Of a stretch of DNA of 26,289 bases, positions 16,365 through 24,831 are shown piece after piece. Both the position numbers and the translations under genes were made by a program. This stretch comes from a virus (Duplodnaviria > Caudoviricetes). The stretch is taken from positions 1-26,289 of the IMG/VR virus record IMGVR_UViG_3300040985_001407; one strand, written 5' to 3'. Below the pieces are notes generated by a model. The model was not told where the DNA came from. It did not search any database and saw only the letters and a program-made list of their open reading frames with translations. Each line of letters starts with the position of its first letter. The stretch's first letter is position 1.

Positions 16365-18071
16365 TTATTTCCTATAGCATTTAGATTCGTACCCATCGGC
16401 AGACAGGGGCAAAGATTCGTACCCATCGGCAGACAGGGGCGAACCCTCTGCCCAATCAGGCAACACGCACATCAGTGTATTAAGTTCGTCAAGGTGTTCC
16501 CCAAGGGTAACAACCTCATCATGCACATGCGTTACTATTTTTAAACCTGCTTTATCAACTCGTATCAACGCCTCGGCTAGGATATCTCTTGCTATGGCTT
16601 GGCAGACATTCTCCACCAGAACACCATGCCAAATATTGCGCTTTCCGGAATAGTTGGTTCTGGGGTCATAGTTGTGGTAATACAGGCAACGACCTGATGG
16701 CAATTTGCACACCAGTGTACCGCGCCGGTAGGCATAGGCCACTTTACCAGCCTTGACCGGATATGTGGGGTTTGACGTTGCACTTTCTACCGCGTGACTT
16801 AGTGAGTGCCACAGCTTCACAATTTTGGGGTTAGCTCTGCGGAAACTTGCCACGGATCTTTCTGCAATGTCCGGCGCAATGCCAAACGCGATCAGGGCGT
16901 TCTTACCACCACCGTAACTGGCACCAAGCACAATGCCTTTCGCAATCTGCCGCGATGTTCCCATCTTGTCAGCCATAACTTGATATAGATCTTTGCCGTC
17001 ACGGAAATTATGCAGTCCTTCAGTATCACCAGCCAGCCACATAAGAACCCTTGCCTCGATCTGGCTGTAATCGCTCACCGTTAAGTAAGGATCACCGATG
17101 ATGGCCGACCTTACCGTTGATGCTAGTGTAGGCATGTCTGCCGTTCCATCCATAACTGCTTGGCGGTCAGGGGCTACAGTTGGACGCGCCATGTTCTGTG
17201 GCTGAATCCTGCGGCCTGACCATCTACCTGTGTTTGATGCGCCGTAGAAATTTAAAGTTCCTTTCCCACCCATCTGCATAGCGGCGTATTTTTTGGACGC
17301 TGTGGAGGATAGAATTTTACGCTGGAACACAACAGGGTCATCATCAGGCAACGCCATTACCGATCCTTTCCGTAAGTCTTGCAGGTCAGGGTAAACAGCC
17401 TGTAAGAAAGTCAGCAATTGGTTCCTGCTGTTGGGATTCTCTAGTCCGGTCAGCGTTAGCAACTCATCACGCGCTTGATCTCTGAGTTTGTCATCTAGCT
17501 CTACCGCGGCGTTGACTAGCTCAGTATCAAGTATCAAACCACGTTCATTGATATACTCATTCAGAATCCAGTTTGCCTGTTCGCTACCAGACAGCTTAGG
17601 GAGTCTCTTGTACAAGGATCTTGTGGCTCTGACATCTGCATCACAGTATTCCACGTACTCCGCCCATTCTTTCGGTCTTTCCTCTGGTGTGAATATCCTA
17701 CCTTTTCTGTCGGGTATTGAGAACAGGCGCATCAGCTTTGCCCCTCGCGGGTCTTTCCCGTGTTCTAGGTTTAACGCTTCAGACGCTTTATCTAATGACG
17801 CTGGTATGTTGTAAACTTTAGCCATCGCCATCGTGCAACGCCATTTTTCCATTGGCACGTCAGGATAAAACAGACGCTCAAAAGTGGCGTTATGTGCAAC
17901 GATTATATCAGCCTGTTGCATCAGTTCTGTTGTTGCGTCCCTCATTTCCGGATCGTCATCCACAAGACAACGGGCGATAATAATGGCCGCGTCTTCTGCG
18001 TAGGCGTGTGCGCCTTGGGTGACTAAGTTAACAAGATGTGAACTTGTCTCGATGTCCATATAAAGTATCAC
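16365..18071 (-). CDS. polA: Family A DNA polymerase with 3'-5' exonuclease (SPO2/APSE-like)
   Basis: ExoI DIET, ExoII AHNATFE, ExoIII YCDAD; TGRWSG; motif A DYSQIEAR; motif B RQIAKGIVLGASYG; motif C HVHDE; probable GTG start at 18071 overlapping the upstream TAG. Confidence 0.95.
   Translation of the reverse strand: MILYMDIETSSHLVNLVTQGAHAYAEDAAIIIARCLVDDDPEMRDATTELMQQADIIVAHNATFERLFYPDVPMEKWRCTMAMAKVYNIPASLDKASEALNLEHGKDPRGAKLMRLFSIPDRKGRIFTPEERPKEWAEYVEYCDADVRATRSLYKRLPKLSGSEQANWILNEYINERGLILDTELVNAAVELDDKLRDQARDELLTLTGLENPNSRNQLLTFLQAVYPDLQDLRKGSVMALPDDDPVVFQRKILSSTASKKYAAMQMGGKGTLNFYGASNTGRWSGRRIQPQNMARPTVAPDRQAVMDGTADMPTLASTVRSAIIGDPYLTVSDYSQIEARVLMWLAGDTEGLHNFRDGKDLYQVMADKMGTSRQIAKGIVLGASYGGGKNALIAFGIAPDIAERSVASFRRANPKIVKLWHSLSHAVESATSNPTYPVKAGKVAYAYRRGTLVCKLPSGRCLYYHNYDPRTNYSGKRNIWHGVLVENVCQAIARDILAEALIRVDKAGLKIVTHVHDEVVTLGEHLDELNTLMCVLPDWAEGSPLSADGYESLPLSADGYESKCYRK
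16383..16440. repeat. 30-bp-period tandem duplication in the polymerase 3' end
   Basis: AGATTCGTACCCATCGGCAGACAGGGGC at 16383 and 16413; protein PLSADGYES-L-PLSADGYES. Confidence 0.97.
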
Positions 18072-18223
18072 TAGAGTTTCCAGTTCATTGTGTAAATTGT
18101 GTTCAGCCCCACAATCCACACCATCATAGTAGGTATTAATAGCGTCATGCCACCGGACACGAAACCCGACACAGCAACACTGGCCGCTATTAGGTTGTAA
18201 GAAATATAGAACAACAGTTTCAT
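18071..18223 (-). CDS. Small two-helix membrane protein (not in ORF track)
   Basis: MKLLFYISYNLIAASVAVSGFVSGGMTLLIPTMMVWIVGLNTIYTMNWKL (50 aa); AAGG upstream; its TAG overlaps the polA GTG. Confidence 0.6.
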   Translation of the reverse strand: MKLLFYISYNLIAASVAVSGFVSGGMTLLIPTMMVWIVGLNTIYTMNWKL

Positions 18224-18253
18224 TTTTATGCCTTTTGTGAAGTTTTAGTTATA

Positions 18254-18278
18254 CCCCGCTGTTACGCGGGGGCTTTTT
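18254..18278 (+). terminator. GC hairpin directly after the SSB stop, terminator-like
   Basis: CCCCGC-TGTTAC-GCGGGG followed by GCTTTTT on + strand; no U-tract on the coding (-) strand, so it may instead stabilise the mRNA. Confidence 0.5.
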
Positions 18279-18281
18279 ACG

Positions 18282-18848
18282 CTACCATTTTATCTCGTCA
18301 TCTCCTCCAGATATTTCGTCAAAATCCTCAACCCTAGCACCTCCACCAGCACCAAAGGTTTCGCCGTCTTTAGCGAACTGCACCCCTTGTAGTTTCACGT
18401 TGATAGCCTTGCCGTATTTGTTATCTTGCGCCCAGACATCTACCAAGGCGTTGACATAGCAACCGGCGTAGACCACGCCGTCTGACTCAGCTACTGGGTT
18501 TCGTTCTCTATCAACGACCAGAGGGCGGGCGGCGTTGCTGGCCTTAAGGCTGTAATGCCCTTTATAACCGTCATAATCTTTGTCATCTCCATCTTTAACC
18601 GGCCATCTCTGGGTGTTGCCCATCAGTTGCTTAACAACAGAATCAGCCTTGCCGCGCCACGCGGTTTTAGATACATCATCAATAGCTTTCATCAGCGGGG
18701 CGTAGGCCAGTTCGCCGTTCTCTGTCTTGTTGATCAAGAACGTGGCTGAGAACTTCGGCGGTGATCCCTGGAAGCCTTTGGCCTCAAAAAGATCAGGGAA
18801 CGATAGACGTACATTTTTTAACATGACTTTCATATTTTCAATCCTCAA
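18282..18848 (-). CDS. Single-stranded DNA-binding protein (DUF2815, T7 gp2.5-like)
   Basis: VRLSFPDLFE, KFSATFLI, PVKDGDDK, VYAGCYVNA, GVQFAKDGETFG, acidic tail ending in an aromatic residue. Confidence 0.9.
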   Translation of the reverse strand: MRIENMKVMLKNVRLSFPDLFEAKGFQGSPPKFSATFLINKTENGELAYAPLMKAIDDVSKTAWRGKADSVVKQLMGNTQRWPVKDGDDKDYDGYKGHYSLKASNAARPLVVDRERNPVAESDGVVYAGCYVNALVDVWAQDNKYGKAINVKLQGVQFAKDGETFGAGGGARVEDFDEISGGDDEIKW

Positions 18849-19878
18849 AGTAATCTAAAATTTCGGCATCAGGTACCAGAATTGGCTTACCTAATTTTTT
18901 CTCGGTGCATTTTGCCATTGCTTCTTTTTTCTTCTTGCCTAGCTCCTTCTCAATGTGGGTTAAAGTCTGGTATGACGTTTTGAATACATCCGTTGGGTTC
19001 ATATCATACTCATGTACCAGTATGTCTGCCGCTTCATCTGTTAAGATTCTTCTGCTTCTTCCTTCTTTTAGATGATAGCCCGCTGGTGGGTTGCCCTTGA
19101 TCGCGTCTTTGTAAGCCTGATCCTGTATGCTTTTCGCCCATTTAATCAGGTTGTCACATATGGGCAATAACTCTGCCGCTGACGCTTCTGAAAATAACCC
19201 CTCTTGATCCACAATACTCTTCGCTCTCTCAGCGCATCGGTTACGCACGTTGCACCATCTACAGGCTTCGTCTGATGGGGCGGCATCGGTTTGTTTCGAT
19301 GCTATAACATCAGATACTTCATCATGGAAATTCTGTAAGTCCTCAGTATTCATGTCGTGGTAGTGCTGGTGGTTGGCTGAGGGCTGGACAATGTGTAACC
19401 TAACGTCCCTGAATTTTGAGCCACCCACGCCCAAAGCGTACAACTTTAATTGTGAGCAGTCGGCGTACTTTATAAATTGCCCTGTCTTAAAATCAATAAC
19501 GTGTATACACCCCTCTGTATATACAACCGCGTCAATCGTTCCATACCCTCCCGTTGCCTCGATGAAAACCCTAAGCTCCCACTGTACCTCCCCACCCAAA
19601 TCGCGCACATAGTCTAGGTACGCTTGAACGTATGGGTGAGAGCTATCAGTGCCAGCCTTGCCGTGTTCCTCGGCCTCCTTGTGTAGCTGTGTGCCTAGTA
19701 AGGCGGCCTCGTTGGCATCATCATCAGGGATCATGTCTTGGCGTGTAATGTAGGCTGGACAATTCAGCCACCCCTCTGATGATGATGGACTATACTTGTG
19801 ATGCTTTGCACTTAGGTCAGCAGTGCTGAGGTGGTCGCTTTTAAACACTTTGCAGAAGTGTGTTTTGTTTTGACTCAT
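18838..19878 (-). CDS. DUF2800 / Cas4-like PD-(D/E)XK exonuclease
   Basis: SPSSSEGWLNCP, GTQLH, YGTIDAV, VIDFKTG, QLKLYALG, CRWC..C; next to SSB and PolA. Confidence 0.9.
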   Translation of the reverse strand: MSQNKTHFCKVFKSDHLSTADLSAKHHKYSPSSSEGWLNCPAYITRQDMIPDDDANEAALLGTQLHKEAEEHGKAGTDSSHPYVQAYLDYVRDLGGEVQWELRVFIEATGGYGTIDAVVYTEGCIHVIDFKTGQFIKYADCSQLKLYALGVGGSKFRDVRLHIVQPSANHQHYHDMNTEDLQNFHDEVSDVIASKQTDAAPSDEACRWCNVRNRCAERAKSIVDQEGLFSEASAAELLPICDNLIKWAKSIQDQAYKDAIKGNPPAGYHLKEGRSRRILTDEAADILVHEYDMNPTDVFKTSYQTLTHIEKELGKKKKEAMAKCTEKKLGKPILVPDAEILDYFED

Positions 19879-20021
19879 GTTATTGTCCTATGTTGTGAAA
19901 CAAATAAACCGTCAGCAGTGACTTTCACTACTTTGTAATAATTTACAGATGCAACACGTTTATAAAATACTAAACGCTCATCAAACTTAATCACTGTCAA
20001 GCAATATTTTGCATAACTCAT
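19875..20021 (-). CDS. Small hypothetical protein (not in ORF track)
   Basis: 48 aa MSYAKYCL...HRTIT with ATGA stop/start overlaps at both ends. Confidence 0.5.
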   Translation of the reverse strand: MSYAKYCLTVIKFDERLVFYKRVASVNYYKVVKVTADGLFVSQHRTIT

Positions 20022-20161
20022 GATTTGACGTTCTTGCATAATTTCTTCACTAATTCCTCGAGGAACATATTTACAGGTCGATTATCCTGCTTTGCTAATT
20101 GCTTTAGCTTTTCATTAACGTCTGCATCAAGACTGAAACAAACACGTTTTTTTGATGTCAT
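20018..20161 (-). CDS. Ribbon-helix-helix (Arc/CopG-like) regulator (not in ORF track)
   Basis: 47 aa MTSKKRVCFSLDADVNEKLKQLAKQDNRPVNMFLEELVKK...; GGAG SD; classic beta-strand + two helices RHH pattern. Confidence 0.8.
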   Translation of the reverse strand: MTSKKRVCFSLDADVNEKLKQLAKQDNRPVNMFLEELVKKLCKNVKS

Positions 20162-20191
20162 TTGAAACTCCGAATAGTTAATTGAGATTGC

Positions 20192-20220
20192 ATCTTAAAC
20201 TATTTAAAATATACCTGCAA
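20192..20220 (-). promoter_or_regulatory. Leftward promoter of the RHH/replication operon
   Basis: TTGCAG-N17-TAAGAT on - strand, about 30 nt upstream of the RHH ATG. Confidence 0.5.
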
Positions 20221-20312
20221 CATTTACATAAATATATTTAAAAGTGTTGCAAAAGATATTAGGGTATAGCAATATACAGTCTCAGTCATTAATTATACAA
20301 ACGGTAAACATT

Positions 20313-20482
20313 ATGAATAAAGATGAATTAATCAACGTAGTGAAAGCAGAATTAAAACCACCATATATTTTATTGAGTTTTTAATTAACGGAAAACAAAA
20401 ATTCACAGTCAATACAATCCAATCCGGTGGGTATAACATACAGTGACTGCATTACAGAACAACTTATAGATTACACAAGTAG
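20313..20482 (+). pseudogene. Remnant of a phage gene with a C-terminal GGYNIQxLHxR motif
   Basis: MNKDELINVVKAEL... shifts frame to ...FTVNTIQSGGYNIQ*LHYRTTYRLHK with an in-frame TGA at 20444. Confidence 0.5.
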
Positions 20483-20616
20483 GAGAATAAAATGAGTAAA
20501 AAGATTATTATCTCTTAACTGGGTTGGTCAGATCCATTAAACCACGCCATATCGCATTGATTATGATATGTTTGACGGAGTAAAATTTATTTATAAAATT
20601 GATTTATTGGAGTGTT

Positions 20617-20697
20617 ATGCGTGTAATATCGCTGTTTAGTGGTGCAGGTGTTGCAGTGCTTCGTATTGATAACTCCGTTAAGGTTAATAGACGTTAG
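20617..20697 (+). pseudogene. N-terminal remnant of a C5-cytosine DNA methyltransferase
   Basis: GGAG SD + MRVISLFSGAG (motif I, FxGxG), then unrelated sequence and a stop after 26 aa. Confidence 0.6.
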
Positions 20698-20898
20698 TTT
20701 TAAAACTGTGGAAAGCTGGTTAACGAGGCCAGCGGTTCAACCGCTAAATCTATCCACGCAACAGTTATAACAGATGGGATTAATCTATCAATACCCGCTT
20801 GCTCCATTAAAATAGTCGTGTATTCTTTTAGTTGTAAGTTTTGACGTACTTAGTTTACTGAACTAGATTTTTAAACCGCTAATCAAAAAGGAAAAGCT

Positions 20899-21084
20899 AT
20901 GACGTACATAAGTGGACAATTAACACAGACGCAGTTCAGTGCGCTGTACAAGTTACTGGACAGTTCCATGGAGTCCAGACGAATTCCTATATCTGGTGGT
21001 TATATGCTACTGGCTGTGGATCACATCGGTAAGGATTTTTTGCGTTTTCTACAGGGTTCAGAAGCTGAGGTTAAAAATAGATGA
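20899..21084 (+). CDS. Hypothetical protein
   Basis: 61-aa ORF with AAGGA SD, first intact ORF of the rightward block. Confidence 0.5.
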   Translation: MTYISGQLTQTQFSALYKLLDSSMESRRIPISGGYMLLAVDHIGKDFLRFLQGSEAEVKNR

Positions 21085-21088
21085 TAAA

Positions 21089-21244
21089 ATGGCTAGTTTT
21101 AGTAAAATATACGCTTCTGGCGGGCATTTCATTTTTAAAAAAGGTCTACGGAAAGGGCAGGTAGCAAGCAGAGTGCATAAAGAACGTAACATAATCCAAG
21201 TAGACGACAACAGAATAGAAAATCTTAGCGAGGAAACAGTATGA
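21089..21244 (+). pseudogene. Internally deleted HNH homing endonuclease remnant
   Basis: GHFIFKKGLRKGQVASRVHKERNIIQVD is joined directly to DNRIENLSEET; the catalytic DH segment normally between them is missing. Confidence 0.5.
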
Positions 21245-23571
21245 CGGATATGCGTTTTAGCTTTTTTGACAGCGTTAAAGCTACTGAAGCAAACATAAGA
21301 ATGTTAGACCACGATAACCTTGTGGCTATACTCTCAAATCCTATAGAGGCGGGGGATAAGGCGGGTGTCCCGCTGTTCACTCCAGAGGTCTATACAGGAA
21401 GCCGAGGAAGCGCGAATATCGAATACTATACAGGAGCAATTCTGGATATTGACAGCGGTGTACCGCTTTTGACAATCATCGGTAAACTGAATGAATCAGG
21501 TGTAAAAAGTTACCATCACACAACTTATAACCACTCTGTAGCTCACCCAAAATTTCACATTGTTATACCCTTCTCGTCAGCGGTGTACCAGCCTGATCAT
21601 TATTTGGGCATCTGGGATTATTTTAACAAACTGCTTGGTGGCTGTCTGGATGCTAACGCAAGACGAAAGGCCAATCTTAGCTACCTGCCAAGCAAACCTA
21701 TAGGCGGTATGATCTACGAATGGGGCTGTAATGCTAAAGGGGTGCTGTTTGATCCTAAATCAATACCAGTGGCGGGGGTAGATACTAAAGTGTCTGTATT
21801 CGACTCTTTGGGGGCTTCTACGCTTTCCGAGATTTGGGTGGAGGGAAATAGGAACGCGGCGGCTCTTGCTGTTTCTGGTGCTTTGAGGTCTCTTGGTGTA
21901 CCTGAACATGAGGCTCTACTGTGGATTAACAACTTTGCCGCTTCTCAGGGTGACGACAGCAACCGATCAGACGAAGTTACGCACACATATGGAAGAATTG
22001 GTTATGTAACCGGAATTCCTGAGTATGTGCGTCTGGTGGGGGAGGACGGCATTGGCGCGTTGCGGCGTGAGGTTAACGGGCTAGAGAATCTTTTGCGGCT
22101 TGTTGATGACGCGGGTCATGACGTGCGGAACATTTTGGACAGGTCTGCGGAACTGGATGTCATAGACAGGGAGGAACTGACTAGGGCTGTTAAAAAGTCG
22201 CGAGGGTTGTCTAAGGCTGGGCAGGTAGAGTACCTGGCTGATCAGTCAGATAGTGCCAGCAACGATGCGGTGCTTGAACTGGTTGGGGCGTTTATTCACC
22301 AGTTTAGCGGCGGGGATGGCTTGGTAAATATATCGGGGGGTTACTGGTACTACAACGGCAGGAATTGGGTGATGTGGAGCAAGGATAGAATGATGGGCGA
22401 GGCTCTGGCATTCATGGAATCCTCGCTGTCATTCGCTGATTGCGATGACGTAGCTACCCCGTTTAGGAAGATGAAAGAGTTACTTGTGCCCCGTCTGGCG
22501 GTTAAGTCTAACCTCCTTGATTTGACTAAGGCGAGGCCACCGGTGATAAATTGCACCAATGGGGAACTCTGGTATGAGGGCGGTGGTGTTAACTTGCGAC
22601 CACACAACCATAAGTCCGAGATACTCAACGCGCCAGTGATTGAATGGAACGCTGACGCTGAGTGTCCAAGGTTCATGGCGGCGTTGCGGACTGTGTTTGA
22701 CGCTGAAGGTTTTGACGCTGACAGGATGGTTAATCACGTGCTGGAAATTATTGGCTATATGGTCCAGCCACAACGCCCACTCGCCGCTTGGTTTCTGTTT
22801 ATCGGTGAGGGGCAGGACGGGAAGAGTCTGTTAATGGAACTGGTGGGCATGTTGGTCGGTTCCGACAGCGTGGCTAATGCGTCAATCGTTGACATACAGC
22901 GGGCTGGCCAAAAGGGCTTTGGTCAGCTTGTCGGTAAGATGTTGATGGTTGACGATGATCTACAGTCTCGGACTACTCTGCCGGATGGAATGCTAAAGAA
23001 AATATCTGAGTCTAAGGTGCTGACAGGGGCGTTTCATCACGTTAACCCATTCCAGTTTAGGTGCGGGGTTGTCCCTGTGATGCTTAGTAATGGTTTTCCG
23101 GCAGTGCGTGACTTGAGTAAGGGGATGAGGCGGCGGGCTAATCTAGTGCCTTTTCCTGTGTCGTTTGAGGACAACGCCAACAGTGATATATACAAGGACC
23201 TTTTCAAGGAGGAGATGGCGGGTATTTTGCGGGTGTGTGTCGATGCGGGTAGGCGTGTCCTTGATCGTTGTGGATTTGATACTCCACCAGAGTGTATAGC
23301 GTTGCGTGATGATTGGCTGGCTGAGTCTCACCCCATAGCTATGTATATGGACGAGTGCGTGGAGTCCTTTAAGGGGGATGGGCGTTTGTATGTTAATGAC
23401 ATATACACGGACTTCCGAGACTGGTGTATGGAAGCGGGCATAAAGTGGGATACTGACAGGAGGCGTTTTACAACAGAGCTAAAAAAGCTCAGATACCGTG
23501 TAGAGGTCGGTGGAGCAGGTAAGCGGTTTATTGATGGCTACAGGATAAAAAGAGAAGCTGGAGATTTTTAA
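21241..23571 (+). CDS. Primase-helicase (AEP-like N-terminus + P4/D5 SF3 helicase)
   Basis: LDID and HHTTYNH..PKFHIVIPF primase motifs, EGNRN PriCT-like segment, INCTNG D5_N, Walker A GEGQDGKS, VDDD, SNGFP..RR. Confidence 0.93.
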   Translation: MTDMRFSFFDSVKATEANIRMLDHDNLVAILSNPIEAGDKAGVPLFTPEVYTGSRGSANIEYYTGAILDIDSGVPLLTIIGKLNESGVKSYHHTTYNHSVAHPKFHIVIPFSSAVYQPDHYLGIWDYFNKLLGGCLDANARRKANLSYLPSKPIGGMIYEWGCNAKGVLFDPKSIPVAGVDTKVSVFDSLGASTLSEIWVEGNRNAAALAVSGALRSLGVPEHEALLWINNFAASQGDDSNRSDEVTHTYGRIGYVTGIPEYVRLVGEDGIGALRREVNGLENLLRLVDDAGHDVRNILDRSAELDVIDREELTRAVKKSRGLSKAGQVEYLADQSDSASNDAVLELVGAFIHQFSGGDGLVNISGGYWYYNGRNWVMWSKDRMMGEALAFMESSLSFADCDDVATPFRKMKELLVPRLAVKSNLLDLTKARPPVINCTNGELWYEGGGVNLRPHNHKSEILNAPVIEWNADAECPRFMAALRTVFDAEGFDADRMVNHVLEIIGYMVQPQRPLAAWFLFIGEGQDGKSLLMELVGMLVGSDSVANASIVDIQRAGQKGFGQLVGKMLMVDDDLQSRTTLPDGMLKKISESKVLTGAFHHVNPFQFRCGVVPVMLSNGFPAVRDLSKGMRRRANLVPFPVSFEDNANSDIYKDLFKEEMAGILRVCVDAGRRVLDRCGFDTPPECIALRDDWLAESHPIAMYMDECVESFKGDGRLYVNDIYTDFRDWCMEAGIKWDTDRRRFTTELKKLRYRVEVGGAGKRFIDGYRIKREAGDF

Positions 23572-23573
23572 CA

Positions 23574-23865
23574 GGTGTTACGCTAGTGTTACGACATTGT
23601 TACGTTAAAGGGCTATATTGTTACATTAGCGTTTAATTTAAGTTATTAATTTACCTATATATTATACCTTGAGGTGTTACGACTGTTACGTTATTTATTG
23701 AGTTAACACATATATAAAAAATAAAAAGGGCTATTTCATAGAAATAAAAAAACTTTATATATATAAAGATAATGCGGCCAATGTCGTAACAGTCGTAACA
23801 CACGGTTAAAACCTTAACCATATCAATAACTTAAGTCATTTTATAGGGTGTTACGACATGTTACT
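23574..23865. repeat. Iteron-like replication origin
   Basis: TGTTAC(G) at 23576, 23587, 23598, 23619, 23675, 23684, 23849, 23859 and inverted at 23785, 23794; perfect 17-bp inverted repeat (23674-23690 / 23785-23801) around an AT-rich core. Confidence 0.85.
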
Positions 23866-24009
23866 AAAATAGAAGACTTTAATATAGTGGATTTATAATG
23901 GAATTCTGAAAGAATTTTGTCACTATACAGTCACTTTTAACGCCTGTTTTGTCATATAAGTTAAAGTATTATTTATCCTAAGTTAAGCACGTAAATAGCC
24001 ACACCTAGG

Positions 24010-24038
24010 TTGTCAATTTTAAAATTCGAATCTATAAT
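24010..24038 (+). promoter_or_regulatory. sigma70-like promoter
   Basis: TTGTCA-N17-TATAAT, 34 nt upstream of the HTH ATG. Confidence 0.75.
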
Positions 24039-24072
24039 GCTTTTGACAAACACAAACAAGGACAAGAGGATT

Positions 24073-24252
24073 ATGGGAATCGGAACAGGGCGAAGTTTGA
24101 AAGCATTGAGAGTATCTACAGGGGTAAAGCAAACAGACCTAGCTTTAGAGTTGCGTATATCGTCCTCTTACCTGAGCCTCATCGAAGCAGAAAAACGGCG
24201 ACTTACTGAGGACATGGCACTAAGAGCAATGACTTTTTTACTAGGCCAATGA
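24073..24252 (+). CDS. XRE/Cro-like helix-turn-helix regulator
   Basis: GAGGA SD, ATG 24073; LKALR..GVKQTDLALELRISSSYLSLIE. Confidence 0.85.
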   Translation: MGIGTGRSLKALRVSTGVKQTDLALELRISSSYLSLIEAEKRRLTEDMALRAMTFLLGQ

Positions 24253-24530
24253 AAGAGTCATACGTAGAATCTACATTCCATAAACTCATTGTCCAGTGCG
24301 GCGGATATTCTTGGAAATGGAATGGACAAAAGGGCGTACCGGATCGAGTAGTCGTATATAGGGGTGTGGTGTACTTCGTAGAGCTTAAAGCAGACGGGGG
24401 AAGGTTATCACCACACCAAATTTTACAGCACAAGCGGTTATGCTCACTGGGAGCTAACGTGGCTGTGCTAACGGGTATAACTGAAACAAGGGGTTGGGTC
24501 AATGAATTATGCGCTACTGGTACAAGCTAA
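24249..24530 (+). CDS. VRR-NUC domain nuclease
   Basis: MKESYVE, GVPDRVV, FVELKADGGRLSPHQ. Confidence 0.9.
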   Translation: MKESYVESTFHKLIVQCGGYSWKWNGQKGVPDRVVVYRGVVYFVELKADGGRLSPHQILQHKRLCSLGANVAVLTGITETRGWVNELCATGTS

Positions 24531-24831
24531 TAAGATATGGTTTGAGGGCAGAACCTCAACGGTGGTTGTACATGAAGGCCGTGTTAAGGCTGTACTGAAG
24601 CTGTTACAGTCAGGGAGTAAGATGTTCTGGGAGATCGTAGACGAGGTGGGGGGCAGTTCAATAGCTGAAAGGCTGGTGAAAGATATGCTGGAAAGAAAGC
24701 TGATTGCTGTCCGTAAGGAGAGTGTGGGGAGCATCACCCGTTGCCACTACTCATTAGCTAAAACAGAGGGGAATAATAGTGTCAATATTAACAAAAGCAA
24801 TGTGGGCGGCAAACTCTCGGCGATGGCCTAA
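24502..24831 (+). CDS. Hypothetical protein, possibly winged-helix
   Basis: 109 aa overlapping both neighbours; helix-helix-helix then beta-hairpin pattern (weak). Confidence 0.5.
   Translation: MNYALLVQANKIWFEGRTSTVVVHEGRVKAVLKLLQSGSKMFWEIVDEVGGSSIAERLVKDMLERKLIAVRKESVGSITRCHYSLAKTEGNNSVNINKSNVGGKLSAMA

Noticed and set aside
16364-16426. N-terminal MGTNLCPCLP repeat of the helicase ORF
   Set aside because: By-product of the 30-bp duplication inside polA; the SD-supported start is 16363.
20444-20446. TGA recoding / alternative genetic code
   Set aside because: TGA, TAG and TAA all end well-supported genes, often in ATGA overlaps, so this TGA is a nonsense mutation in a remnant.
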